NCBI GenBank assembly: GCA_963704785.1 | Contig: OY969939.1 | Location: forward strand, 2,383,475 to 2,447,474 | Reading direction: 5' to 3' | Length of the DNA: 64,000 nucleotides | Source: an uncultured Eubacteriales bacterium | GTDB taxonomy: Bacteria > Bacillota > Clostridia > Lutisporales > Lutisporaceae | Shown: positions 47,775 through 57,949 of the stretch, in pieces | How the letters are laid out: every line of letters begins with the position of its first letter | How positions within the stretch are numbered: position 1 is the stretch's first letter | Translations under genes and position numbers: made by a program | The notes under the pieces: generated by a model | What the model was told of the DNA's origin: nothing | Database searches by the model: none | Seen by the model: the letters and a program-made list of their open reading frames with translations, nothing else

Positions 47775-49759
47775 CGGGTATTTGACAGTTGAATAAAGAA
47801 AAAATTACCGAAAGCCTTGATTTAGGCTTATTTTTTTGTCAAATTATGCATTTTGATGTTGCGCATTTTATCGCATTGTGTTATGATATAAGGATGAGGA
47901 GGGGATGCTAAAAATGAGACTTAATGTGACCAAATCGAAAAATGCGGCTTCGCTATATGTAATAAAATCCGTTTACAACAGTAAAACTCAATCAAATTAT
48001 TCTAAGATCGTTGAAAAACTTGGAACCGAAGCTGAGCTTAGAGAAAAACTTAATGGTGCTGATCCATACGAATGGGCAAAAGAATATATTAGGGAACTTA
48101 ACAATAAGGAAAAAGAAGAAAAGCGTGATGTGCTCGTTAAATATTCTCCCTCAAAGCTTATCAACAAAGGTGAACAGCGTTCCTTCAATGGTGGGTATTT
48201 ATTCCTTCAAAAGATATATCACGAACTTGGATTACATAAGATTTGCAAGGAAATTTCCAAAAAGTATAAATTCGATTTTGACTTGGATTCAATTCTGTCA
48301 AGATTAATTTACGGTAGAGTAATCTTTCCTTCTTCAAAGCTTGCAACATATGAACTTTCAAAAGGTTTATTGAACAACCCAATTTTGATTTACATCAAAT
48401 ATACAGGGCTCTTGAAGTCCTTGCAAAAGAAACAGATTTTATTCAATCCTCTTTGTACGAAAACAGCTTAAAAGTTTCAAAAAGAAATACTAATGTACTT
48501 TACTATGATTGCACTAATTACTTTTTTGAAATCGAACAGGAGGATGGCGATAAACAATATGGGCCTTCTAAAGATCACAAGCCAAATCCTATCGTTCAAA
48601 TGGGGTTATTTATGGACGGAGACGGCATTCCTCTTGCTTTTAGTATAAACAAAGGAAACACAAACGAGCAGCTGACCTTAAAGCCATTGGAAAAGAAAAT
48701 TTTATCCGACTTTGAACTTTCAAGGTTTGTCGTCTGTACAGATGCAGGACTGGCCTCAGAAGATAATCGAAAGTTTAATAATAAAAATGGTCGGGATTTT
48801 ATTACTACACAATCTATTAAAAAATTAAAAGAACACCTGAAAAAATGGGCTCTTGCTTCAGATGGCTGGAAACTACCAGGAAGTGAGAAAACTTATGACA
48901 TTTCTACTCTTGATGAAATGATAGATAAAGCTACTCCTGAAGATAAGGCAAAAATACGAACAAAAGCATTTTACAAAGAACGCTGGATCAATGAAAACGA
49001 TTTTGAACAAAGACTTATTGTAACCTATTCTATTAAATACAGAGATTATCAGCGTAAAATCCGTAGCTCTCAAGTAGAACGCGCTCGAAAGGCAATAGAA
49101 AACAACCCAACAAAAATAAAGAAATGCAATGCTAACGATTACAAAAGGTTTATTAATAAAACAAGCTGTACCCCTGATGGAGAAGTCGCTGATAAAGAAA
49201 TCTACAGCATTGATTCTACTCTCATCCAGAAAGAAGAAACATTTGATGGTTTTTATGGAGTTTGTACAAGCCTTGAAGATGACGTGTCTAAAATCATCAA
49301 GGCAAATCACAGGAGATGGGAGATTGAAGAGTGCTTTAGGATTATGAAAAGTGAATTCAAGGCACGTCCTGTGTATTTAAGCAACGATGACCGGATTGAA
49401 GCACATTTCAACACATGCTTTATATCGCTAATTATTTATAGATTGCTTGAAAAGCGACTCGGCGAGAATTTTACCTGTCATGAGATTATTTCTGGGCTTA
49501 AGGATATGGAATTCTTTGAAATTAAAGGTGAAGGTTACGTTCCAACCTACACAAGAACTGATTTAACCGATGCATTACATGAAACGTTTGGGTTTCGTAC
49601 GGATTATCAAATTGTTGCTTCGAGTATGATGAAAAAAATTTTAAAAGATACGAAAAAATAAAAAACATTACGCACTTTTTACCAAAACACGAAATCCTGC
49701 AACGCCTTCTGCTTCAAGGCGTTACAGGATTTTTATTTCGTTCAAGTGTCAAATACGGG
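47775..49759 (+). mobile_element. IS1634-family (IS4 superfamily) insertion sequence, 1985 bp
   Basis: Terminal inverted repeats C(G/C)(G/C)GTATTTGACA(G/C)TTGAA, a single DDE transposase gene and an internal terminator at about 49703-49745. It is flanked by a 54-bp duplication. Confidence 0.8.
47905..49661 (+). CDS. IS1634-family DDE transposase, one frame break
   Basis: ORFs 47905-48471 and 48453-49661. Adding one A to the A4 run at 48360-48363 gives ...ELSKRFIEQPNFDLHQIYRALEVLAKETDFIQSSLYENSLKV... Confidence 0.75.
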
Positions 49760-49813
49760 TTTATATACTACATTTGTAAAATATGAGTATATATGTGTAC
49801 AAGCTGTATAACT
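49760..49813 (+). repeat. 54-bp direct repeat flanking the IS (right)
   Basis: Identical to 47721-47774. Confidence 0.9.
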
Positions 49814-50056
49814 GCAAAATTTACTATTTAGACAAGATAGCTATGATATACGTGGCATTGATTACAAATTAAACTATTTATGTCTCAAAGTACCAATTTG
49901 TACATAAACACTATTTTACTTTAGAATATTTTATAAAAAAAGAAAAATTAATAGAGTTTATATCCTATTTCAATGCTCTCCCCTAGCTTTTTTTTTATTA
50001 ATCCTGCTCCTACGTTTTTTAGTGTTATAAAGTATATTGAATAATCTTTCTCAATA

Positions 50057-50085
50057 TTGACATACTTAAGTAAAGATGATACAAT
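50057..50085 (+). promoter_or_regulatory. Promoter of the leuS leader
   Basis: TTGACA-17 nt-TACAAT. Confidence 0.6.
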
Positions 50086-50099
50086 TATTGCTAATTAAA

Positions 50100-50368
50100 T
50101 ATATAATGCGTTGAGCGGAAATAGTAAGTAGTAGGATTCTTTCAGAGAGCCGTAAGGAGTATATACTCCACTGGTGTGATACGGTAGTGTCTTGTTATTG
50201 AACTCACCCGGGAGCAGCTGCCTGAAATTATGAAATTAGGGTAAGACGTCAGCCCACGTTATAGGGATAGATGATTATAGTCATCGATAAAGTGGATTTT
50301 CATATGAAAATCAATTTGAGTGGTACCACGGATAATATCTCCGTCTCTTTTTAGAGGCGGAGTTTTTT
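50100..50368 (+). promoter_or_regulatory. T-box leader (Leu specifier CUC)
   Basis: AGAGA box; specifier context GAA-CTC-A at 50203-50205; T-box sequence AATTTGAGTGGTACCACGG at 50313-50331; terminator CTCCGTCTCT-TTTT-AGAGGCGGAG plus a T-run at 50339-50368. Confidence 0.85.
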
Positions 50369-50403
50369 ATTTTTGTAATAATTATTTGAAGGGAGTGTAT
50401 AAA

Positions 50404-52852
50404 ATGACATATTCAAAAGAAATAGATCGCAAATGGCAAAAGGTATGGGAAGATACTAAATTATATAAATTTCATCCCGAAAAAGTTGATAAAAAGCTTT
50501 ATACTCTGGAGATGTTCTCCTATCCATCAGGGGCAAAGCTTCATGCAGGACACTGGTACAATTATGCACTAAGCGATTCATGGGCAAGAATGAAGAAGAT
50601 GCAGGGCTATGAGATATTTCAGCCTATGGGCTTTGATGCTTTCGGGTTGCCTGCAGAAAACTATGCAATAAAGACAGGGATTCATCCTCAGGATTCCACA
50701 ATAAAGAACATTGAGACAATGGAAAGACAGCTAAAAGAAATGGGAGCTATGTTTGACTGGGACTATGAGGTTATAACATGCATACCTGAGTATTATAAAT
50801 GGACTCAATGGCTATTCTTGACACTTTATAAAAGTGGGCTGGCATATAGAAAGGAAGCACCTGTAAACTGGTGTCCTAAGTGTAACACAGTGCTTGCAAA
50901 TGAGCAGGTAGTTGATGGTCATTGTGAAAGATGTGAGACAGAAGTTACAAAGAAAAACCTTACACAATGGTTTTTCAAAATAACTGATTATGCACAAGAG
51001 CTGCTTGATAAGCTAGAGGGACTTGATTGGCCTGAAAAGACAAAGAAGATTCAAACCAACTGGATTGGCAGATCTGAAGGTGCAGAAATAGAATTTAAGG
51101 TAGATGATGCAGATATAAGCTTCAAGGTGTTTACAACAAGAGCAGATACCTTGATGGGAGTAACCTATGTTGTGCTTGCACCAGAAAATGAGCTTGTAAA
51201 GCAGCTTACTAAGGATGCATATAAAAAGGCTGTTGCAGAATACCAGGATTCAACAAAGAAAATACTGAAATTGACAGACTTTCCACTACAAAAGAAAAAA
51301 CAGGGGTATTTACAGGCTCCTATGCTATTCATCCTATAACAGGTGAAAAGGTTCAGATTTGGATTGCTGACTATGTACTTGGAAACTATGGTACTGGCTG
51401 CGTAATGGCGGTTCCAGCTCATGATGAGAGAGATTTTGAGTTTGCAACAAAGTATGAGCTTCCTATAAAGAGGGTAATTAAGAGTAAAGAAGCTGTAGAA
51501 GACATTCTTCCTTTTATAGAATATGGTATATTGGTAAATAGCGGAGAATTTGATGGCATAACCACAGAAGAGGGTAAAATCAATATAGTAAAGAAGCTGG
51601 AAGAGGATAATAAAGGACAGCTTAAGATAAATTATAGGATTAGAGACTGGCTGGTTTCCAGACAAAGATATTGGGGCTCACCTATTCCTATAATACACTG
51701 TGAAAAGTGTGGAGCTGTACCAGTACCTGAAAAGGATTTGCCAGTATTACTTCCATACGATGTAGAATTTGCACCAGATGGAGAATCACCATTAAAGAAA
51801 AGTGAAGAATTTATGAACACTACTTGTCCTAAATGTGGAGGTCCTGCTAAGAGAGAGGCTGATACTTTGGATACCTTTGTATGTTCATCTTGGTACTATT
51901 TAAGATATCCAGACAATAAGAATGACGATAAGACTATTTGACACAGGAATGGATAAACAAAATGCTGCCTGTTGACAAATATATAGGCGGAGCAGAGCAT
52001 GCTGCAATGCATCTGCTATATGCAAGATTTATAACAAAAGCACTTACGAGATGCTGGCTATTTAAATTTTGATGAACCGTTTAAATCACTTGTACATCAA
52101 GGTACAATACTTGGACCAGATGGTTTTAAAATGAGTAAATCAAAAGGAAATGTGATATCTCCAGATATATATATTGATGAGTACGGTTCGGATGTATTCA
52201 GAATGTATCTTGCCTTTGGTTTCGCATATATTGAGGGTGGCCCTTGGAGTGATGATGGAATAAAGGCTATGTCAAGGTTTGCTGGCAGGGTTGAAAGAAT
52301 GGTTGAGCGAGTAGAAGAGCTTGCAGGACATAAAGGAAAGACTGATATGGGCAAGAGTGAAAAAGAGCTGAACTATGTAAGAAATCTCGCTATTAAGAGT
52401 GTTACAAAGGATGCAGAAGATGTTCCAATTTAATACGTCTATAGCCAAATCAATGGAGCTTTTAAATGCACTATACAAATATGACGCAGATGTCGAGAAC
52501 AAAAACATGACTCTGTTTAGAGCTGCAATTGAGGATATGATTAAGCTTCTTTCTCCATTTGCACCGCATTTTGCAGAAGAAATGTGGGAGAAGCTTGGCG
52601 AGAGCTTACTCTATATTTAATGAAAAATGGCCATCATGGGATGAAGAAGCCCTTGTTAAAGATGTAGTTGAGATTGCAATTCAAGTAAATGGTAAGGTTA
52701 AAGGCAGAATGGAAATTTCATCATCAGCAGAACAGCAGGAAATTGAGAAAATGGTAATAGAAAATGATGAAGTGAAGCCTATGCTTGAGGGTAAGCAAAT
52801 AGTAAAAGTTATAGTTATTAAAAATAGGCTGGTAAATATAGTAGTAAAATAG
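50404..52852 (+). CDS. leuS: Leucine--tRNA ligase, interrupted by at least 6 frame changes
   Basis: Collinear ORFs 50320-51339, 51405-51941, 52131-52433, 52399-52620 and 52559-52852, plus two short unlisted frames at 51.93-52.06 kb. They contain the HAGH-type motif ([11 protein letters not shown]), CP1 zinc Cys pairs and the KMSKSKGN motif. Confidence 0.85.
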
Positions 52853-52986
52853 CGAAATACAAAATGGCTGTAGTCTAAAAACTGCGGCTGTTTTGTATAT
52901 ATTAACATTTATGTTTGCTAAATGTCAAAAATGTGCAATAATAGACAATGTGTATAAAAATTGGATTTAGCGTTCGGAGGATGTTT

Positions 52987-54825
52987 ATGTTTAGAAAAAT
53001 TATGACTAAGTGTATTTTGAGTGGACTGTTAATATTTTATAGTACAAATGGAATTTTAAGTGCAAATGAAATGACGCCTCCTAAAATGAACATATTGCTA
53101 TTGAACTCGTATAATTTTTCTGCTAAAGAATTATGGGTGGGGTTTTCTGTATTCTTATGCGTAGTAGTCGCTATAAACTTTCTTTTGTTTATAAATATAA
53201 AAAAGAGAAGAATGGCTGAAAAAGACTTGCAGCGGAGCGAGGGTATAACAAGAGCGACACTTAATGCAACAGCGAACGGAATTATAGTAATCAGCTTAGA
53301 TAAGAAAATAATAGACTGTAATCAGCTATTTTTAAGTATGTGGAAGTTTCCTATTGAGATCGTAGAAAACAAGGACTTGAGTGCAATGCTTCTATATGGT
53401 CTGGAGCAAGTATATGAACCTACAATTCATCATGACTGGATTAAAGAGTGCTTTGAGCAAGCCGAGGCTGCTTTTGATATTATATATCTAAAGGATGATA
53501 GAGTTTATGAGATATACTCAGAGTCGTTAAAAATTCAAGGAGAATTGCAAGGCAGAGTATGGAGTTTTAAGGATATAACAGTTCAAAAACAAATAGAAAA
53601 TGAGCTGCAAAGAAGTGAAGAACGTTATAGACGTTTGGTGGAGCTTAGTCCAGATGCCATATATATGGTAGTTGATGGGAAAATTGAATTTACAAATGAA
53701 GCAGGTAAAGAGCTAGTAAGAGCACCCCATGGAATAGATATAAATGGAAGATCTATATTGGACTTTGTATGCTACGAACACGATGAAGCGTTTAAGAACT
53801 TCTTGTTAGGACAAAATGATAATAATGAAGATTTTCCTTTGGTGGAAATGAAGTTTAAAAGACTGGATAATACTCTTGTAGATGTTGAAGCTGCAACAAC
53901 TGAATTTATCTATGACAGAAAAAAAGCTGTCCTAAGCTTTATAAGAGATATTTCAGAAAGAAAAGAAACAGAACTATTAAAGATAAGCATTAAGGAGAAA
54001 ATAGAACAGCTAAATGAGGCATTGGAATATGATAAGCTTAAGACAGAGTTTTTTGCAAACATCTCACACGAGCTAAGAACTCCTATAAATGTTATTTTAG
54101 GTGCTCAGAAGCTGCTTGGACTATTTTTGAAGGATGTTGAGCTGGGGGATAAGCAGGAGAAGCTGACAAAGTATATATATATGATAAGACAGAACTGTTA
54201 CAGGCTTATGAGGACGGTAAACAATCTAATTGATATTACGCGTATTGATGCAGGGTTCTTCAATGTAAATCTAAGAAATTACGATATCATAAATATTGTT
54301 GAGCGTATAACTTTATTGGTAGCTGAATATGTACAAGATAAGGGGATAGAGCTGGTTTTTGATACTAAGCTTGAGGAAAAAATAATAGCTTGTGATGAAG
54401 ACAAAATTGAAAGGATAATGTTGAATCTTCTATCAAATGCCATTAAATTTACAAATAATGATGGAGTTATAACAGTAGACATCAAGGAAGAATTGAATAA
54501 TATTGTAATAATGGTAAGTGATAGCGGTATTGGGATACCAGAGGGAAAGCTTAATACAGTTTTTGAGAAATTTGTACAAGTTGATAAATCATTTATAAGG
54601 GACCATGAAGGAAGTGGTATAGGTTTATCTTTAGTAAAATCATTAGTTGACTTGCATGGAGGAAGTATTGATCTTAGAAGTGAAGTTGGCAAAGGCACAA
54701 CCTTTGAAGTAAGGCTGCCCATTATTTTAAGCGCAGAAGAAGAAGTGGCAGTAACATCAGAAGTTGTTTATCAAAGCTCGACAGAAAGAATAGATGTGGA
54801 ATTCTCTGATATATATTTTGATTAA
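52987..54825 (+). CDS. Membrane PAS-domain sensor histidine kinase (no adjacent response regulator)
   Basis: H-box FFANISHELRTP, N-box LLSNAIKF and G-boxes DSGIGIP / GSGIGLSL. Two PAS-like segments. The start is chosen 6 nt after GGAGG. Confidence 0.75.
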   Translation: MFRKIMTKCILSGLLIFYSTNGILSANEMTPPKMNILLLNSYNFSAKELWVGFSVFLCVVVAINFLLFINIKKRRMAEKDLQRSEGITRATLNATANGIIVISLDKKIIDCNQLFLSMWKFPIEIVENKDLSAMLLYGLEQVYEPTIHHDWIKECFEQAEAAFDIIYLKDDRVYEIYSESLKIQGELQGRVWSFKDITVQKQIENELQRSEERYRRLVELSPDAIYMVVDGKIEFTNEAGKELVRAPHGIDINGRSILDFVCYEHDEAFKNFLLGQNDNNEDFPLVEMKFKRLDNTLVDVEAATTEFIYDRKKAVLSFIRDISERKETELLKISIKEKIEQLNEALEYDKLKTEFFANISHELRTPINVILGAQKLLGLFLKDVELGDKQEKLTKYIYMIRQNCYRLMRTVNNLIDITRIDAGFFNVNLRNYDIINIVERITLLVAEYVQDKGIELVFDTKLEEKIIACDEDKIERIMLNLLSNAIKFTNNDGVITVDIKEELNNIVIMVSDSGIGIPEGKLNTVFEKFVQVDKSFIRDHEGSGIGLSLVKSLVDLHGGSIDLRSEVGKGTTFEVRLPIILSAEEEVAVTSEVVYQSSTERIDVEFSDIYFD

Positions 54826-54906
54826 ATAAACAGCAGATAATATATAGCATGTGTGCAATTTGAAGCATACATGCTTTTATATTTATAGGATATGCTAAAT
54901 AATAAT

Positions 54907-54961
54907 ATTGACAAGTATAAATAGAAATAATATATTACATATAGATATAGGATACATATGT
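54907..54961 (+). promoter_or_regulatory. copA promoter with a downstream TACAnnTGTA palindrome
   Basis: TTGACA (54907-54912)-17 nt-TATATT (54930-54935), with TACATATGTA at 54952-54961. Confidence 0.4.
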
Positions 54962-55023
54962 AGGGTATATTTGTATTCCATATATAAGATTCACAAACTA
55001 TAGGAGAGGGTGGGAGTGAGAAA

Positions 55024-57270
55024 ATGAAAAAAACCTTTAAAATAATAGGCATGACCTGAGCATCTTGTGTAAAAGCTGTTGAGAAGGCAGTAAAAAAACT
55101 TGATGGAATATCAGATATTAATATTAACCTTGCAACTGAAATAATGGTTGTAAGCTATGATAAAAACAAGCTAAATGAAAAAAACATCATTGGAGCAGTA
55201 GAAAAGGCAGGTTACAAGGCTTTAGAGATTGAGGCTAATAATCGCGTGGATGAAGATAAAAATAGAAAAGAAAAAGAAATAAGAACACTATGGACAAAGT
55301 TTCTTATTTCTGCGATTTTCTCTATTCCATTGCTATATATAGCAATGGGGCCAATGGTTTCCTGGTGGAACTTTCCTATTCCTAGCTGGCTTGAACCTAT
55401 GCAGTACCCGCTAACTTATGCTATAGCAGAAATATTACTGGTAATACCAGTGATTATAGCAGGTAATAAATTCTACACAGTGGGGTTTAAGGCTTTAGTC
55501 AGAAGAAGTCCCAACATGGATTCTTTGGTTGCAATGGGTACATCTTCTGCAATATTATACAGCTTGTATTCCACTTATAGAATCTCAATAGGGGATCATA
55601 TGTATGTAGAAAATTTATACTTTGAAACAGCAGGAATAATAATTACTTTGATATTGTTAGGAAAATCTCTTGAAGCAGTATCTAAGGGTAGAACCTCAGA
55701 GGCAATAAAGAAGCTAATGGGACTTACTCCAAAGACAGCTATAGTAATACAGGATGAGAAGGAAATAGTGATACCAATTGAAGAGGTCGAGGTAGGCGAT
55801 ATAATACTGGTTAAGCCTGGTGAAAAGGTACCTGTAGATGGAGAAGTTATAGAAGGATTAACTTCTATAGATGAGTCAATGCTGACTGGAGAAAGCATTC
55901 CAGTTGAGAAAAAAATTGGAGATAAGGTCATAGGTGCCAGCATAAACAAAAATGGTTCTATAAGATTTAGAGCGACAAAGGTAGGCAGCGAAACAGCATT
56001 GGCACAAATTATTAAGCTTGTAGAGGATGCGCAGGGTTCAAAGGCGCCGATTGCGCAGATGGCTGATATAGTATCAGGCTACTTTGTGCCTACGGTATTT
56101 ATTATAGCATTGGTTTCAGCAGTAGTGTGGTTGCTTGTAGGACAGACTATAGTATTTGCACTTACAATATTCATTGCAGTTCTAGTTATTGCTTGTCCTT
56201 GTGCATTGGGGCTTGCCACTCCAACGGCTATAATGGTTGGAACAGGCAAAGGTGCAGAGTACGGAGTATTGATAAAGGGTGGAGAAGCCTTAGAGAGCAC
56301 TCATAAGATAAAGACAATTGTATTTGACAAAACAGGTACAATTACAGAAGGAAGACCGGAAGTAACAGACATAGCTACCACAGAGCTAATAGATAAGGAT
56401 ATACTTTTGCAGCTTGCTGCCTCAGCTGAAAAGGGCTCAGAACATCCTTTAGGAGAAGCTATAGTGAGAGGGGCGGAAAAGCAAGGTCTGGAGATTTTGA
56501 AGCCTTCAAGCTTCAATGCTATTCCAGGACATGGCATAGAGGTTACTATAGATGGCAAGCAAATATTACTAGGTAACAAAAAGCTTATGCAAGATAGAGA
56601 TATAAGCTTGCAGCTCTTAGAAAAGCAATCGGATAAGCTGGCATCAGAAGGCAAGACACCTATGTATATAGCTATAGAAAATCAACTTGCTGGTATAATT
56701 GCAGTAGCTGATATAGTTAAGGAAAGCAGTGTCAAGGCTATAGAAAAGCTGCACAAAATGGGTATAGAGGTTGCTATGATAACCGGGGACAACAGAAGAA
56801 CAGCGGAAGCAATTGCAAAACAGGTAGGAATAGACAGAGTACTTGCAGAAGTGCTACCTCAAGACAAAGCCAATGAGATAAAGAAGCTTCAGGCAGAAGG
56901 CAAAAAGGTTGCTATGGTAGGAGATGGTATAAATGACGCACCAGCTTTGGCACAAGCTGATATAGGTATCGCTATAGGCTCAGGCACAGACGTTGCAATG
57001 GAATCAGCAGATATAGTGTTGATGCGAAGCGACCTTATGGATGTTCCTACAGCCATACAGCTAAGCAAGAGCACAATCAGAAATATTAAGCAGAACCTGT
57101 TCTGGGCATTTGGCTACAATGTTGCAGGAATACCAATAGCAGCAGGAGTATTGTATGCATTTGGTGGACCATTGTTAAACCCTGTTTTCGCCGCTGCTGC
57201 AATGTCTCTCAGCTCAGTATCAGTATTGACAAATGCATTGAGACTCAAAGGATTTAAACCATATAAATAA
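55024..57270 (+). CDS. copA: Copper-translocating P1B-type ATPase with in-frame TGA in the N-terminal metal-binding CxxC motif
   Basis: The ATG at 55024 follows AGGAGAGGGTGGGAG. It reads [48 protein letters not shown] in frame (offset of 120 nt) with ORF 55144-57270. That ORF carries [16 protein letters not shown] and the other P-type ATPase motifs. Confidence 0.8.
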
Positions 57271-57285
57271 ATGGAGGAATGTAAA

Positions 57286-57501
57286 ATGAAGGTACAAATA
57301 TCTATTGAAGGAATGACCTGCGGACATTGCTCTGCACGTGTAGAAAAGGCATTAAAGGCAGTTGACGGAATTGTTGATGCAAAAGTGGATTTGGCTAACA
57401 AAAATGCTACTGTAGAATTATCCAGCAATGTTGATGATAATGTTTTGAAGGAAGCTGTAGAAGATGCAGGCTATGATGTAACAGACATCAAGAGAATGTA
57501 G
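57286..57501 (+). CDS. copZ: Copper chaperone CopZ (HMA domain)
   Basis: GGAGG SD 8 nt before the ATG at 57286, with the GMTCGHC motif (both Cys encoded as TGC/TGT-type codons). Confidence 0.85.
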   Translation: MKVQISIEGMTCGHCSARVEKALKAVDGIVDAKVDLANKNATVELSSNVDDNVLKEAVEDAGYDVTDIKRM

Positions 57502-57513
57502 CTTGAAAGGTAG

Positions 57514-57657
57514 TGGAGTTATGTCGGGAGAAAGCATGAAAAATACAGACTGCTTTTAGAAAGTCATATGAAAACTTGTTTGATAAATAGAATCCAATCA
57601 GGTGAAACAGAAGTCGTAGATGAGCTGTTAGTAACTATTGAAAAAATGATGAAATAA
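57514..57657 (+). pseudogene. csoR: C-terminal remnant of a CsoR/FrmR-family metal-sensing repressor
   Basis: The open frame ...KYRLLLESHMKTCLINRIQSGETEVVDELLVTIEKMMK* resembles the CsoR C-terminal helix with its H-x3-C ligand pair. The N-terminal two-thirds are absent. Confidence 0.4.
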
Positions 57658-57671
57658 GCAATTTACTTAAT

Positions 57672-57713
57672 AAAGCAAAAATTAAGGCTAGTATTTGTCT
57701 TAATTTTTGCTTT
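57672..57713 (+). terminator. Terminator of the cop operon
   Basis: 15-bp stem AAAGCAAAAATTAAG/CTTAATTTTTGCTTT followed by a T-rich tail. Confidence 0.65.
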
Positions 57714-57787
57714 ATTCTTTTTAATAATATTATTGACATATCTAAAATAAAAAATACCAAATACGTAATTAAGAAACATAATTACAA

Positions 57788-57817
57788 TTGACATACATAA
57801 CAGTAAAGGTTTATAAT
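57788..57817 (+). promoter_or_regulatory. Promoter upstream of the radical-SAM gene
   Basis: TTGACA-18 nt-TATAAT. Confidence 0.5.
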
Positions 57818-57949
57818 AGAGCATGCAATATACATAAAAGTAAATATATGTATGCTAGGCTAATTAGCATTTATATATCGAATATACTTGTACTATAAGA
57901 GCTGAAGAAAATAGTACTATTATTTGCATTATAGAAAGGAACTTGTCAC

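Noticed and set aside
50404-52852. leuS (and likewise glyA, gcvPA, gcvPB) as genuine pseudogenes
   Set aside because: The regulatory leaders, SDs and all catalytic motifs are intact. The breaks are single-base indels, several in short homopolymers, and the genes are normally essential and single-copy. Assembly or consensus error is the simpler explanation, pending read-level checks.
35558-55059. Global TGA reassignment (genetic code 4/25) as the explanation for the two in-frame TGAs
   Set aside because: TGA is used as an ordinary terminator in this window, for example in the DsrE-like gene at 37305-37307 and the zupT remnant at 2277-2279. In-frame TGAs are confined to CxxC first-Cys positions.
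55144-57270. Met at 55144 as the true CopA start (a CopA lacking a metal-binding domain)
   Set aside because: The upstream 120 nt are in frame and encode the first two-thirds of a canonical HMA fold. The Met at 55144 falls inside that fold and has no SD.
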